From Algoriphagus sp. (GTDB taxonomy: Bacteria; Bacteroidota; Bacteroidia; Cytophagales; Cyclobacteriaceae), in NCBI RefSeq assembly GCF_013373065.1, contig NZ_JABXIN010000008.1, positions 31,166 through 95,165 of the forward strand: a stretch of 64,000 nucleotides of DNA. The letters are read 5' to 3'. Shown here one piece after another: positions 46,011-56,539 of this stretch (the stretch's first letter is position 1; each line of letters starts with the position of its first letter). The notes under the pieces are model-generated. The model made no database searches. It was not told where the DNA came from and saw only the letters and a program-made list of their open reading frames with translations. The position numbers and the translations under genes are program-made.

Positions 46011-46050
46011 TCCGAAATTCTTATCCGATATCAGACATCGGAAAGCTTAA

Positions 46051-46932
46051 TTATGCATCTACGCCCAAGGCTTTTGCCATGGTCTCGCCAATCTCAGCAG
46101 GAGATTCTGCGACATGGATGCCATTTTCTCTCATAATTCTCATTTTGGCAGCAGCTGTATCATCAGCTCCACCGATAATCGCTCCAGCATGTCCCATTCT
46201 TCTTCCTGGAGGTGCTGTCTGTCCTGCGATGAATCCTACAACAGGTTTTTTGTTACCTGTCTCACGAATCCAACGTGCAGCTTCGGCTTCGTAGTTACCA
46301 CCGATTTCACCGATCATGACGATGGCATCAGTTTCTGGATCGTTCATAAGCATTTCTACGGCTTGCTTGGTAGAAGTTCCAATGATTGGATCTCCTCCGA
46401 TACCAATAGCAGTAGATACACCAAGACCAGCTTTTGCTACTTGATCAGCAGCTTCGTAAGTCAAGGTTCCAGATTTGGATACGATACCGATTCTACCTTT
46501 TTTGAAAACAAAGCCAGGCATGATACCTACCTTAGCTTCTCCTGGAGTGATTACGCCAGGGCAGTTAGGTCCGATTAGCACTGCGCCACGCTCTTTGATG
46601 TAAGGCTTAGCTCTCATCATATCTGCAACTGGAATACCCTCGGTGATCGCGATTATCACTTTGATGCCTGCGTCAGCGGCTTCCATGATTGCGTCAGCAG
46701 CAAATGCTGGCGGAACAAAGATGATGGAAGTGTCTGCACCAGTCTTTTCCACAGCTTCTTCTACAGAATTAAAGACAGGCTTGCCCAAATGCATCGTGCC
46801 TCCTTTGCCAGGAGTAACACCACCCACAACCTGGGTCCCGTATTCGATCATTTGCTGGGCGTGAAAAGAACCTTCAGAGCCGGTGAATCCTTGAACGATC
46901 ACCTTGGAATTTTTATTGACTAGTACACTCAT
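46051..46932 (-). CDS. sucD: Succinate--CoA ligase subunit alpha
   Basis: 293 aa from the ATG at 46932 ([21 protein letters not shown]). Phospho-His loop [10 protein letters not shown]. Confidence 0.93.
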   Translation of the reverse strand: MSVLVNKNSKVIVQGFTGSEGSFHAQQMIEYGTQVVGGVTPGKGGTMHLGKPVFNSVEEAVEKTGADTSIIFVPPAFAADAIMEAADAGIKVIIAITEGIPVADMMRAKPYIKERGAVLIGPNCPGVITPGEAKVGIMPGFVFKKGRIGIVSKSGTLTYEAADQVAKAGLGVSTAIGIGGDPIIGTSTKQAVEMLMNDPETDAIVMIGEIGGNYEAEAARWIRETGNKKPVVGFIAGQTAPPGRRMGHAGAIIGGADDTAAAKMRIMRENGIHVAESPAEIGETMAKALGVDA

Positions 46933-47046
46933 GCTTCGTTTGTTAAAGTTTCGCACAAAAATAAAAGAAAGCGTCCGCTGACAAAAGAAAAGCAAAACAA
47001 TATCCATGTAATTCTGCATTTCCGATCTTTTTATAACTTGTGAATA

Positions 47047-50000
47047 ATGAATCGCTTCCTCTTTTTGGGTTTATGGCTTGGCTTTCTCTTCGTTGGAGGA
47101 AACCTGTCTGGTCAAACCTTTAAGTTTGATTTGAATCCCAAAGGGGTCAATCTGCCTGTTCAAAATATTTTTCAAATCGAACAGGATACGTTGGGAAGGA
47201 TCTGGTTTTCTACATCTAGGGGAGTTTTTTATTCGGATGGGATCCAAACTTATTCCATTCCTGATTCACTTCGATCAGAGTTTGATTATCAGATATCCAT
47301 TCACAGGGATGAAGATGGTGCGATTTGGCTTTACAATGACCGGGGGGAATTTAAGTTTTATAAAGGAGGATATGGTGATTGGGAGGAAGTTCGATTTCAA
47401 GGATTAGAGGATGCCGGACTTTTGGGTTTCATTAAATTCTTTACCAAAGGGGAAGATTCTAAAAAGGAGTATTTGATTGATGTGCCGGATTACCTTTTTC
47501 ATTTTCAAGGCACTGGCGAAGCAAGAAGGTATTATAAAGAGCCATTCAAAAATGTTGTACTAACCCATTGGGGAGGTGATAAGGACCAATCCATATTTTA
47601 TTTTATGGGGTTTGGGCCCTATGTTTTCAAGGATAAATGGGAACCAGTCTCCTTAGATGGGATTTCCTTACCTTCTCCTCCTTTGATGGTTAAAAAATGC
47701 CTTGAAACAGGGGAGTTTTATTTTTTGGGGAAAGGATACTTGGCAAAAGGATCTTCACCAACAAATCCTCAAGTAATCTTAGATCAAGATTTTAATCAAA
47801 ATTACCCTTCCTACAACAATCTCTTGGGGATGGAATTCTCCAAAGGAAGTGTGTTTTACTTTTTTAATTCAGGGCTGAGGAAATTAAAATTTGGTACCAG
47901 ACGACCATTATTGATTGATTCAGAGGATATTTTTAGAGTTTTCATGTTGCAAGACTTTATGATTGATCAAGAAGGATTGCTTTGGTTAGTGAGTAGCAGG
48001 GGGCTCGCTAATATCAATAATTTGGCTTTTCAAAATTATTCCCGCTTGCAATCAGGCTTGCTTTCTGATGAAGTGACTGCTATTACCCTCTTACCCTCAG
48101 GAGAATATTTGCTTGGATTCAATAATGGAATTCAAAAAATATCAAGAACTGGTATAAAAACCCTCTATGAATACCCATCCTCAGGGGTTGCTCCTACTAG
48201 TCGAATAGTGAATTTTTCCACAGCAGTAAATGGGGGAGTTTGGTTTTCCGCCTCCTTTAATGGAGTAGGGAGGCTGGATTTGCAAACTGACCGAATTGAG
48301 ATTTTCTCTCCTCCTGAGGAGGAAAACATCGCATCTGTTCAAGTTGCAGGGGATAGTTTGATTATTACAAGTTCTAGAAATCTCTATTTAGCATCGATTC
48401 ATGATCGGGGACAAGAGCTGTATAAAAATGGGATCCAAGATAAATTAGAAGAAGTATTCGAGGGGAATTTTTATCATCTACGAAAAGCTGGGAAACTTTC
48501 AGATGGCAGGATGATGGTCATGCGTGCCAGTCGGTTAGAAAATCCAAGGCCTTTGATCCAATTGCCAGGAATATTAATTGCCGAAGGGTATGATTATCTA
48601 GAGACAGAACAGGGGCTGTTACTTGGAACAGAAGGTGGCGTAAAACAAATTTCGGGTAATGAAGTGGAGCCTTATTTTCCGGTTGGTAAACCAATCAATA
48701 ATCCCGTTTTTTCCATTTTAGAAGATAGCCAAGGGGCAAAATGGTTTGGGACCGATGATGGCGTCTTTAAATACACCGGAGATTCCTTACTTCATTTTAA
48801 TGATAAATCTGGCTTGCCCAATAATGAAACGAATAGGGGAGCTTTAATCGAAGGAAATGAAAATCGAATTTTAATTGGTACAGTTGAAGGGTTGACGATT
48901 TACTTCCAAGATGAAAAATTCATTTCTAAAGGAATACCTCGACTTAATCTCAATTCAGTCAAACTTGGAGGTGATGAAATACTTGGGGGATCCAAAGTCG
49001 AGACCTCCTATACTGATAATACGCTTGAAATTGATTTTTCAGCAATTGCATTCAATCGCGAGAAGGAGTTGTGGGTTCAATATCGCCTTATAGGTTTGGA
49101 AGAAGATTGGGAGCTGCTGAAGGATCCCAAGTCGAATCGGATTTTTTACCCAAATATCCCTCCTGGAAATTATCAATTCGAAATTAAAGCTTCATTTGAA
49201 GGAGAACGTAATTCTCCGACTTTTCAAACAGCAACTTTCGAAGTTCTTCAGCCATTTTATCTTCGGTTTTGGTTTATTCTGCTGCTTGCTTTATTCCTGA
49301 TTGGTTTAGGTGTTTTGATCCAGTCTTTTTATTCACAACTTCGAAAATTGGGGATCCTAAGAACGGTAGTTGATCGGAAAGACCAGGAAAAGGCAAGAGC
49401 TGAAGAACAATTTAAAAATGTTTGGGATAGCTCAAAAGACGCTTTATTGCTTACAATTGATGGAGAAAAAATAATTGCAGTGAATCCTGTATTTACTCAT
49501 TGGTTACTTCGAGAGGAAGAGCAATTGAAAGGGTCGAATCTATCGGAAGTCCTCAGCGATAATTCCTTTTGTGAAGTATATGCGGCTAAATTGAAAGCCT
49601 TGCCCCAAGAAGGAGAAACCTTCGAAAAGGAGGTTTTTTGGCCAATCGGTAAAATGGAGATGGAGATTTATCTCAAACAAATCCCTTCTAAATTAGAAAG
49701 TGGCCAACTTTTACTAACTGTTTTTCGGGATGTCACTGCTGAGAAAGAGATTGAGAAAAAACTTCGCGAGGCCAAAGAAAAAGCCGAAGAAGCTAATCGT
49801 TTTAAAACCAGTCTTTTGTCCAATGTTAGCCATGAGATCCGAACTCCCTTAAATGTGATTTTAGGAGGAACTGAACATGTGATGATGACACGGCAGAATG
49901 ATCCCAAGCTGCTCGCTGAATTGGATATCATCCTTCAAAGTGGAGAGCGGTTATTGACTACCATCACCTCTATTTTGGATATGGCAAAGATTGAGGCAAA

Positions 50001-50478
50001 GAAGATGAAGGTCATCAAAACGGATACAGCGATAAATGCCTTTATCGAAAAGGTCATTCCTCCTCTCCATTCCTTAGCCTCAAAAAAGGGCTTAAAGATT
50101 ACCACCAAATTCTTGAAAAATGATATCAATGGGCCTTTAGATCAGCGTTTTACGGAAATAATTCTCAATAATCTTATTGGAAATGCCATCAAATATTCTG
50201 ACCAAGGAGAAATCACGGTCACAGTTTCGGAGAATGAGGGGAATTTGATTTTGGAAGTTGCTGACCGAGGTGTGGGGATTTCTGAAGAGTTTTTGCCAAA
50301 AGTATTTCAACCATTCGAACAAGAAAGTACGGGAAATCAGCGACAATTTGAAGGAACGGGTTTGGGAATGACTATCACAAAAAATTTGGTAAAAATTTTG
50401 GGAGGTAAAATTCAAATTCAAAGTAAAAAAGGAGAAGGTACCATTGCTAATGTTGAAATTCCATTAACCGAATCATAA
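47047..50478 (+). CDS. Sensor histidine kinase with large periplasmic beta-propeller/Y_Y_Y-type domain, PAS, HisKA and HATPase
   Basis: 1143 aa with a signal sequence and a ~730-aa periplasmic region with repeated propeller-like segments. One TM helix ([21 protein letters not shown]). H-box SHEIRTPLN, and G-boxes DRGVGI and GTGLGMTI. It has no REC or HTH domain. Confidence 0.85.
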   Translation: MNRFLFLGLWLGFLFVGGNLSGQTFKFDLNPKGVNLPVQNIFQIEQDTLGRIWFSTSRGVFYSDGIQTYSIPDSLRSEFDYQISIHRDEDGAIWLYNDRGEFKFYKGGYGDWEEVRFQGLEDAGLLGFIKFFTKGEDSKKEYLIDVPDYLFHFQGTGEARRYYKEPFKNVVLTHWGGDKDQSIFYFMGFGPYVFKDKWEPVSLDGISLPSPPLMVKKCLETGEFYFLGKGYLAKGSSPTNPQVILDQDFNQNYPSYNNLLGMEFSKGSVFYFFNSGLRKLKFGTRRPLLIDSEDIFRVFMLQDFMIDQEGLLWLVSSRGLANINNLAFQNYSRLQSGLLSDEVTAITLLPSGEYLLGFNNGIQKISRTGIKTLYEYPSSGVAPTSRIVNFSTAVNGGVWFSASFNGVGRLDLQTDRIEIFSPPEEENIASVQVAGDSLIITSSRNLYLASIHDRGQELYKNGIQDKLEEVFEGNFYHLRKAGKLSDGRMMVMRASRLENPRPLIQLPGILIAEGYDYLETEQGLLLGTEGGVKQISGNEVEPYFPVGKPINNPVFSILEDSQGAKWFGTDDGVFKYTGDSLLHFNDKSGLPNNETNRGALIEGNENRILIGTVEGLTIYFQDEKFISKGIPRLNLNSVKLGGDEILGGSKVETSYTDNTLEIDFSAIAFNREKELWVQYRLIGLEEDWELLKDPKSNRIFYPNIPPGNYQFEIKASFEGERNSPTFQTATFEVLQPFYLRFWFILLLALFLIGLGVLIQSFYSQLRKLGILRTVVDRKDQEKARAEEQFKNVWDSSKDALLLTIDGEKIIAVNPVFTHWLLREEEQLKGSNLSEVLSDNSFCEVYAAKLKALPQEGETFEKEVFWPIGKMEMEIYLKQIPSKLESGQLLLTVFRDVTAEKEIEKKLREAKEKAEEANRFKTSLLSNVSHEIRTPLNVILGGTEHVMMTRQNDPKLLAELDIILQSGERLLTTITSILDMAKIEAKKMKVIKTDTAINAFIEKVIPPLHSLASKKGLKITTKFLKNDINGPLDQRFTEIILNNLIGNAIKYSDQGEITVTVSENEGNLILEVADRGVGISEEFLPKVFQPFEQESTGNQRQFEGTGLGMTITKNLVKILGGKIQIQSKKGEGTIANVEIPLTES

Positions 50479-50521
50479 TTTTTGTATTTTCCCGTTTAGA
50501 TTCATTTTGACTTAATCTTAC

Positions 50522-51697
50522 ATGTTTAGCCTCAAAATCCTCATCGTAGAAGATGACTCTGTTTCTGCCTTGCTACTGCAGCGAGCTTTAGAAAAAAATA
50601 ATCACGAAATCATTGGGATTGCCGATACGGGTGAAAAGGCATTGGATATTCTGGAAGAGCAGCAGGCAGATATTGTGATGATGGATATCAATTTGGCGGG
50701 AGACTTGGATGGAATCAAGACTACTGAAATCATTAATGAAAAATATGACATTCCGGTAGTTTACCTAAGTGCAAGTTCAGATGCTGAGACCCTCAATAAA
50801 GTAGTCGGAACCAATCCTAGTGCCTATGTAATTAAGCCTTTTAATATCCGTGAACTCAATATGGTGATTGAGTTGGCGATTTTTAAAGACCGAAAGGAAA
50901 AAGAACTTCAAAAACTCAATAATGAGCTGGAAGAGAAAGTACGAATTCGAACTGCAGAGCTTTATGAAGCCAACAAAGAACTTACCAAAGCACTGGAGAA
51001 GGAAAGAGAAATCAATGAGCTTAAATCCCGTATTGTTTTGAATGTATCTCATGGATTCAAAACACCTTTAACCTCCATTCTGAGTTCAGCTCAATTGCTT
51101 CAGATGTATGCTGAAAAAGACCATCCTTTTAAGCCTAAAATTACCAAGCATGCTTTTAAAATCGAGAATTCTGTACGGGCTTTGAATAATCTTTTGACCA
51201 GTGTGTTGTTTTTTGGCAAAGCTGATGCAAATCAGATGGAATTCAAGCCTAAAAAAATGTTCTTAGGGGCTTTTGTGAAGGAACTGTTGGATACTGTGAA
51301 AGCAGGAATCGAAAATGGGGTGAAAGTCACAACCAATTTGGGAAAGCTGCCAAAGACAATTACCTCCGACTCAGAATTGTTATACCAAGTCTTTGAGAAT
51401 TTGCTTTCTAATGCCATCAAATATTCCAAAGAAAATGGGAATGTGATTTTTACCCTCGATTTCGAAGATGGAATGTTAAAAGGGAAGGTTGAGGATTTTG
51501 GAATAGGAATCCATAAATCCGAACAAAGTCAGCTTTTTGATCGTTTTTTTCGAGCAAAGAATGTTGGAATAGTGGAGGGATCAGGTCTCGGGCTTTCCAT
51601 CGTCAAAAAGTGTTTGGAAGTAATGGGTGGGGATATCACTTTTACAAGCGAAGTAGGTAAAGGTACCACCTTTGAGGTTTCCATTCCTGTAAAATAA
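50522..51697 (+). CDS. Cytoplasmic receiver (REC)-coiled coil-histidine kinase fusion
   Basis: 391 aa. REC domain (ILIVEDD..., MMDINL with phospho-Asp, KPF). Atypical H-box SHGFKTPL. N/G boxes NAIKYS, DFGIGI and GSGLGLSI. Confidence 0.85.
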   Translation: MFSLKILIVEDDSVSALLLQRALEKNNHEIIGIADTGEKALDILEEQQADIVMMDINLAGDLDGIKTTEIINEKYDIPVVYLSASSDAETLNKVVGTNPSAYVIKPFNIRELNMVIELAIFKDRKEKELQKLNNELEEKVRIRTAELYEANKELTKALEKEREINELKSRIVLNVSHGFKTPLTSILSSAQLLQMYAEKDHPFKPKITKHAFKIENSVRALNNLLTSVLFFGKADANQMEFKPKKMFLGAFVKELLDTVKAGIENGVKVTTNLGKLPKTITSDSELLYQVFENLLSNAIKYSKENGNVIFTLDFEDGMLKGKVEDFGIGIHKSEQSQLFDRFFRAKNVGIVEGSGLGLSIVKKCLEVMGGDITFTSEVGKGTTFEVSIPVK

Positions 51698-51701
51698 TCG
51701 T

Positions 51702-52334
51702 ATGCTTTTCCATACCAAAGATTTACAATTTGCCCATCCCGGGCAGTCTGACTATCATTTTCCGGATATCGCTTTGGATGCGGGTGAATCATTGCTTGTT
51801 TTGGGTAAATCTGGAAGTGGTAAAACCACCTTGTTAAATTTAATTGCGGGACTATTGGCGCCAAAATCCGGAACAGTTGTCTTAGATGGAGTGGAGGTAA
51901 ATGCACTCCAAGGTGTAAAAGCTGACCGATTTCGAGGTGAAAATATTGGCTTTGTTTTTCAAAAACCTCATTTGTTGGCACCTCTATCGGTGAAAGAAAA
52001 TCTTCAAATGGCCCGCTATTTTTCCAAGAAAAAGGGATTGGGATTGGAGAGTCTTTTGGAAGAGCTTAGTCTTACCTCAAAAGCAAATTCTTCGGTTTCA
52101 AGCTTAAGCGAAGGGGAGGCGCAGCGGGTTTCAATTGCCCGCGCTTTGATTAATCGTCCTCGATTAATTTTAGCAGATGAGCCGACTTCCAGTTTGGATG
52201 ATGAAAATGCTCACAAAGTGATCGACTTGCTCCAAAAGCAAGCAGAGAAAATTGAGGCTGCATTGATCATTGTGACCCATGATCAGCGCGTGAAAGATCA
52301 AATCTCAAACTTTATCCAAGTGCAGCCGTCATGA
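51702..52334 (+). CDS. ABC transporter ATP-binding protein (MacB/LolD/FtsE-like)
   Basis: Walker A GKSGSGKTT, signature LSEGEAQR, Walker B ILADEPTSSLD. It starts 4 nt after the REC-kinase stop. Confidence 0.9.
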   Translation: MLFHTKDLQFAHPGQSDYHFPDIALDAGESLLVLGKSGSGKTTLLNLIAGLLAPKSGTVVLDGVEVNALQGVKADRFRGENIGFVFQKPHLLAPLSVKENLQMARYFSKKKGLGLESLLEELSLTSKANSSVSSLSEGEAQRVSIARALINRPRLILADEPTSSLDDENAHKVIDLLQKQAEKIEAALIIVTHDQRVKDQISNFIQVQPS

Positions 52335-53587
52335 ATTTATTAAAGCTAAGTTGGAAATACCTGACTCATCGGCCGCTCACAACCGGTTTGAATGTGTTTC
52401 TACTCTCCTTAGGTTTGGCCATCATCACAGTTTTATTACTGGTTCAGGATCAATTTGAAAAAAAGATGACCCAGGACGCTGAGGGGATTGATTTGGTTGT
52501 AGGAGCAAAAGGCAGTCCTTTGCAATTGATTCTTTCCAGTGTCTATCACGTGGATTTTCCAACAGGAAATATTCCTATGGAGGAGGCTATTCGACTTTCT
52601 CGAAGCAGATTGGTCAAGCAAACAATCCCGCTTGCCCTTGGAGATAATTTTCAAGGTTATCGGATTGTCGGTACGAATCATGATTACTTAACTCTCTACC
52701 AAGCGGTATTTTCAGAAGGAGAGGCTTGGAATGAACCATTCGAAGTCGTTTTGGGAGCTGTGGTCGCTGAAAAATCTGGATTTAAAGTTGGGGATTCCTT
52801 CTCAGGAAGCCATGGAATCAGTGAAGGAAGTCATGATCATGATGAGCATGCTTTCAGGGTGGTGGGGATTTTGGAACCCAAAGGAAATGTTTTGGATCGA
52901 CTGGTTTTAACCTCTATTGAATCTGTTTGGTTTACCCATGATGAATCGGAAACTAAGGATGAGTCCTCTGAAAATGAGTCCGATCATCATGAAAAATTTC
53001 ATCAGGAAGTTGCTAAAACAGGATTTCCAGAATCGGACCAAGAACGGGAAGTAACCTCTTTGTTAGTTCAATACCGAAGTCCAATGGCTGCGGTACAATT
53101 GCCTCGAATGATCAATTCAAATACGTCTATGCAAGCGGCTTCCCCTTCATTTGAAATTTCCAGATTATTTGAATTATTGGGAGTAGGAGTCAAAATTCTT
53201 GAAGGCCTGGCTTATGTATTGATTATCATTTCAGGCTTGGGAATTTTTATCGCGCTGTACAATTCTTTGAAAGAACGACGCTATGATCTAGCTGTACTTC
53301 GGGCAATAGGAGCCAGTCGCTTTCAACTTTTGCTATTGATACTAATGGAGGGACTTGCTTTGACTTTTCTTGGGTCAATACTCGGGATTTTATTGGGTCA
53401 TGTATTTTTGGCGGCTCTTGCATCTCAAAATGAGACAGGAGTTGGGGCAGGCTTGGAAGCTTGGATTTTCTTACCTGCCGAACTTTGGATAGTGATTTAT
53501 GCGTTAGGAGTTGGATTGGTCGGTTCTTTGCTACCAGCCTGGTCGGCATACCGCACAAGTATTGCTGATCAATTGATGAAAAAATAA
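52331..53587 (+). CDS. FtsX/MacB-type ABC permease with His-rich periplasmic domain
   Basis: 418 aa. TM1, then a ~250-aa periplasmic domain, then 3 C-terminal TM helices (the FtsX arrangement). ATGA overlap with the ATPase. The periplasmic domain has inserts SHGISEGSHDHDEH and SDHHEKFH. Confidence 0.8.
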   Translation: MNLLKLSWKYLTHRPLTTGLNVFLLSLGLAIITVLLLVQDQFEKKMTQDAEGIDLVVGAKGSPLQLILSSVYHVDFPTGNIPMEEAIRLSRSRLVKQTIPLALGDNFQGYRIVGTNHDYLTLYQAVFSEGEAWNEPFEVVLGAVVAEKSGFKVGDSFSGSHGISEGSHDHDEHAFRVVGILEPKGNVLDRLVLTSIESVWFTHDESETKDESSENESDHHEKFHQEVAKTGFPESDQEREVTSLLVQYRSPMAAVQLPRMINSNTSMQAASPSFEISRLFELLGVGVKILEGLAYVLIIISGLGIFIALYNSLKERRYDLAVLRAIGASRFQLLLLILMEGLALTFLGSILGILLGHVFLAALASQNETGVGAGLEAWIFLPAELWIVIYALGVGLVGSLLPAWSAYRTSIADQLMKK

Positions 53588-53597
53588 TCAAGATAAA

Positions 53598-54041
53598 ATG
53601 AATAGAAAATACGTCTTTTTGCTTGCCAGTTTAGGTCTGATGATCTTGAGTTTAGGTTCTGCAAAAGCTCAGGATACGAATGTCTGGCGAAGTTTGGCTG
53701 AGGTAAGTTATAAAATCAGCGAAGATGAATTTGGGGAGTTGTATGTTCCTGTTTTTTCAGAAAATATCAAAAAGTTGGAAGGCAAAACAGTGGAAGCAGA
53801 CGGATACATTATTCCATTTGAAGGTATGTTTAAGCCCGAGCATATCATTCTTTCGAGCTTGCCTTTGGCAGAGTGCTTTTTTTGCGGCTCAGGAGGTCCT
53901 GAAACTGTGATGGAAGTGATGCTTCGAGATCCAATAAAATACACTTCTAAGCGGGTAAAAGTGAGGGGTAAATTGACCTTGAACGCCAAAGACCCCGAAA
54001 AGCTGATGTATATTTTACAAGATGCAGAATTGGTTCAATAA
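53598..54041 (+). CDS. Periplasmic DUF3299-like protein
   Basis: 147 aa with a signal peptide. The pattern GYIIPFE...HIILSSLPLAECFFCGSGGP resembles DUF3299 proteins that accompany FtsX-type transporters (recollection, not searched). Confidence 0.55.
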   Translation: MNRKYVFLLASLGLMILSLGSAKAQDTNVWRSLAEVSYKISEDEFGELYVPVFSENIKKLEGKTVEADGYIIPFEGMFKPEHIILSSLPLAECFFCGSGGPETVMEVMLRDPIKYTSKRVKVRGKLTLNAKDPEKLMYILQDAELVQ

Positions 54042-54054
54042 GTCTTTTATTGAA

Positions 54055-54876
54055 TTAAATCAGCGATTGTTCATGCTTTCTAAAACGGTCAAGTAGGTCC
54101 ATTGAAATTGGCCCTGGTTGACCGTTTCCTATTTTTTGTTCGTCAATTTGAGTAACAGGGAGCAGTATTTTTGTTGTGGACGTAATAAATGCCTCATCAG
54201 CTTCTAATGCTTCGATCAAAGTAAGGGGTCGAATGTGTACTGGCACCTTCGCTAGGTTCAGAATATTTTTTCGAGTAATTCCCAGTAAAATATTCTCTGA
54301 AGGAGTGATGATTTCTCCATTTTTTACAATGAAAAAGTTACTTCTAGAACTTTCGCTAACATATTTATTCCAATGATAGAGCACATCCTCTGCTCCTTGC
54401 TCTTTCCAAATATGGGAGTGCCAAACAGCCAAGGAATAATTCGTTGTTTTTATTGAAGCAATGGGTCTAACATGTTCCAAGGAAAGTAGTTTGATTCCGC
54501 GCTCATATTTTTCTTTTGCAGGAAAAATCAAATCTTCAGCAAAGACGAAAAGTTTGCCATTAGCTGGTGAAAAGTGATTTTCTGAAACACCTCCGCTCAA
54601 GACCATTCGAATACCACCTTCCTTGAGGTCGTTTTTTTCAATTAATTCCCGAATGATTGCTCCTAACTGTTCTTTGGAGTAAGGAAGTGGAAGGTAGGTT
54701 TTCTTTGCCGAATTCATGAAGCGATCCAAATAGTCCTCCAGAAATAAAGGCTTGTAATTGACGGTTCTGAAGAAATCGAAAATTCCGTATCCTCGAATCA
54801 AACCTAAGTCAGCAGGATGGATGGTTGCGTCTTCTGTGTGGATAAATTTCCCGTCGGCAAAACAAAAAGGCTTCAT
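54055..54876 (-). CDS. Class IV (fold type IV) PLP aminotransferase family protein
   Basis: 273 aa with a class IV-like layout and candidate PLP lysine in SIKTTNY. Substrate specificity (BCAT, D-amino acid or ADC lyase) is not resolvable. Confidence 0.7.
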   Translation of the reverse strand: MKPFCFADGKFIHTEDATIHPADLGLIRGYGIFDFFRTVNYKPLFLEDYLDRFMNSAKKTYLPLPYSKEQLGAIIRELIEKNDLKEGGIRMVLSGGVSENHFSPANGKLFVFAEDLIFPAKEKYERGIKLLSLEHVRPIASIKTTNYSLAVWHSHIWKEQGAEDVLYHWNKYVSESSRSNFFIVKNGEIITPSENILLGITRKNILNLAKVPVHIRPLTLIEALEADEAFITSTTKILLPVTQIDEQKIGNGQPGPISMDLLDRFRKHEQSLI

Positions 54877-55001
54877 TTTATTGTCAAATTTTGGTTAAAA
54901 ATAGCATGAGGAATTTATATTTGCTCCATCTATTTTCAATCATAAAATATTTAATTAATTAAAGATTAAATTGTAAATTATCCCTTTAATTATTCAAACA
55001 C

Positions 55002-55427
55002 ATGAAGAGAAATACATTCATTTTTACTTTATTCACAATTTTATTGTTAGTGGGCTGTGGTCCGAGCATTTCTGATGAAAATAAAAACCTTCGTGCTGAG
55101 GTAATTGGAGTGCATGATGAAGTAATGCCCTTGATGGGAAAGCTTAAAAATTTGGAGCGCGAAGCCCTTAATCGAGTGGAAGAGCTTGAATCCAATCCAG
55201 AAATAGATACCCTTCAAGTTGAGGAGTTGAAAGCCTTGGCATATGATCTTTCGCAGGCTTACGAAGGAATGTTTGTTTGGATGCGTCAGTACGAAACGGA
55301 GGATGGAGATCGTACACCAGAAGAGGTGAAGGCCTACTTGGAAGATCAAATGATCAAGGTTCAAAAGGTCAACGAAGATATCAAAGCGGCCTTGGATAAG
55401 GCAGATAAATTGTTAGGTACCGAATAG
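55002..55427 (+). CDS. Coiled-coil lipoprotein, function unknown
   Basis: 141 aa. Lipobox LLVGC. The sequence is helical and rich in Glu and Lys. Confidence 0.55.
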   Translation: MKRNTFIFTLFTILLLVGCGPSISDENKNLRAEVIGVHDEVMPLMGKLKNLEREALNRVEELESNPEIDTLQVEELKALAYDLSQAYEGMFVWMRQYETEDGDRTPEEVKAYLEDQMIKVQKVNEDIKAALDKADKLLGTE

Positions 55428-55429
55428 GA

Positions 55430-55879
55430 TTAGGGAATTTCTGGTTTGGATCGAAGGTATTTTTCAACTTCAGAAGAAGTGATGACTCCCTCATTCATTC
55501 CCCAAATATTGTACAGATAGGTTGCAATCTGGGCAATTTCCAAAGGTTTTAACGCTGAATTAGCTGGCATTGCCTGATCGTATTTTTCCCCATTCACGAT
55601 GATTTCTCCTTCTTGGCCGTGACGCATAATCCAAACCGTTCGGTGGACACTTTTTCTAAAGTAATCCGCCTCTCGCAACGGAGGAATCAATTTTCCCAAG
55701 CCTTTCCCATCATTCTGGTGGCAATTTCCACAATAATTCTCATAGAGGGTTTTGCCGTGGATGGCATATTTCATGACCTCTGGGTCTGAAATTTCTGAGA
55801 GGTAATTTTCTTCTTCGGTACTTTTTGGAGCACAAGCTATAAACAAGGCCAAAAAGATGCCCCAAAGGCTATATTTCAT
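55430..55879 (-). CDS. Lipid-anchored monoheme class I cytochrome c
   Basis: 149 aa. Lipobox LFIAC, heme motif CGNCH, and a distal Met candidate in AMPAN. ATGA overlap with the upstream SCO gene. Confidence 0.8.
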   Translation of the reverse strand: MKYSLWGIFLALFIACAPKSTEEENYLSEISDPEVMKYAIHGKTLYENYCGNCHQNDGKGLGKLIPPLREADYFRKSVHRTVWIMRHGQEGEIIVNGEKYDQAMPANSALKPLEIAQIATYLYNIWGMNEGVITSSEVEKYLRSKPEIP

Positions 55880-56532
55880 GGTTTTAGTAATTTTGGGATG
55901 TCGCGAATCAAACGGTCCACTTGGTCACTTTTCGTTCCATCGTAAACCCCACGGATATGGCCTTCTCCATCCACTAAAACAAAGGCACCACTATGTAAAA
56001 AACCACCGGGTTCATTTTGGTCTTCCATTGCTGTTGTCAAGTAGCTTGTTTGACCGATTTCATAAATTTTTTCAGCATCCCCGGTCAGGAAATTCCAAGT
56101 GCTGGCATCTTCTACCCCTAGCTTTTCTGCATAGGATTTCAAAACCTCCTGGGTATCATGGGTAGGATCGATGGTATGGCTTAAAATGAGAAAATTGGGA
56201 TTGTCCTTATAGGTTTCATAAACCCGAAGCATTTCTTTTTTCATGATAGGACAAATAGTCGGGCAGGTAGTAAAAAAGAAATCAGCCACGTAAATTTTTC
56301 CTGAAACGTCCGCTTTGGAAACCTTTTGCCCCATTTGATTGGTGAATTCGAAATCAGCTATTTCATGATAGACCGTGTCTCGTAGTACATTTCCTTCTAT
56401 CTCGATTTCATTAACATGCCAGTTTCCTAAAATAGGAAGCTTTGAGTCTTCAACTTCTTCTTTGGTGCCTTGGCATTGCCAAAAGGCTCCAACTATCAAG
56501 AAAGCGATAAAAAGCCGCTGTAAAGTCTTCAT
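55876..56532 (-). CDS. SCO1/SenC-family protein (second paralogue in the window)
   Basis: 218 aa from the ATG at 56532. CPTICP motif and downstream His (FLHSG). Confidence 0.8.
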   Translation of the reverse strand: MKTLQRLFIAFLIVGAFWQCQGTKEEVEDSKLPILGNWHVNEIEIEGNVLRDTVYHEIADFEFTNQMGQKVSKADVSGKIYVADFFFTTCPTICPIMKKEMLRVYETYKDNPNFLILSHTIDPTHDTQEVLKSYAEKLGVEDASTWNFLTGDAEKIYEIGQTSYLTTAMEDQNEPGGFLHSGAFVLVDGEGHIRGVYDGTKSDQVDRLIRDIPKLLKP

Positions 56533-56539
56533 TCGATCA

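Noticed and set aside
45965-46864. Plus-strand ORFs of 73-154 aa antisense to sucD (45965-46294, 46114-46578, 46643-46864).
   Set aside because: They are shadow ORFs of a GC-richer, Gly/Ala-rich gene. Their low-complexity Ser/Ala translations have no motifs.
46933-47019. Upstream in-frame extensions given by the ORF track for sucD (to 47019), the SCO gene (to 56577), meaB (from 57480), the kinase (from 33097), ispG (from 41086) and the SDR gene (from 40377).
   Set aside because: The conserved N-termini begin at internal ATGs. The extensions overlap neighbouring genes or terminators, or they use TTG/GTG codons with non-conserved-looking residues.
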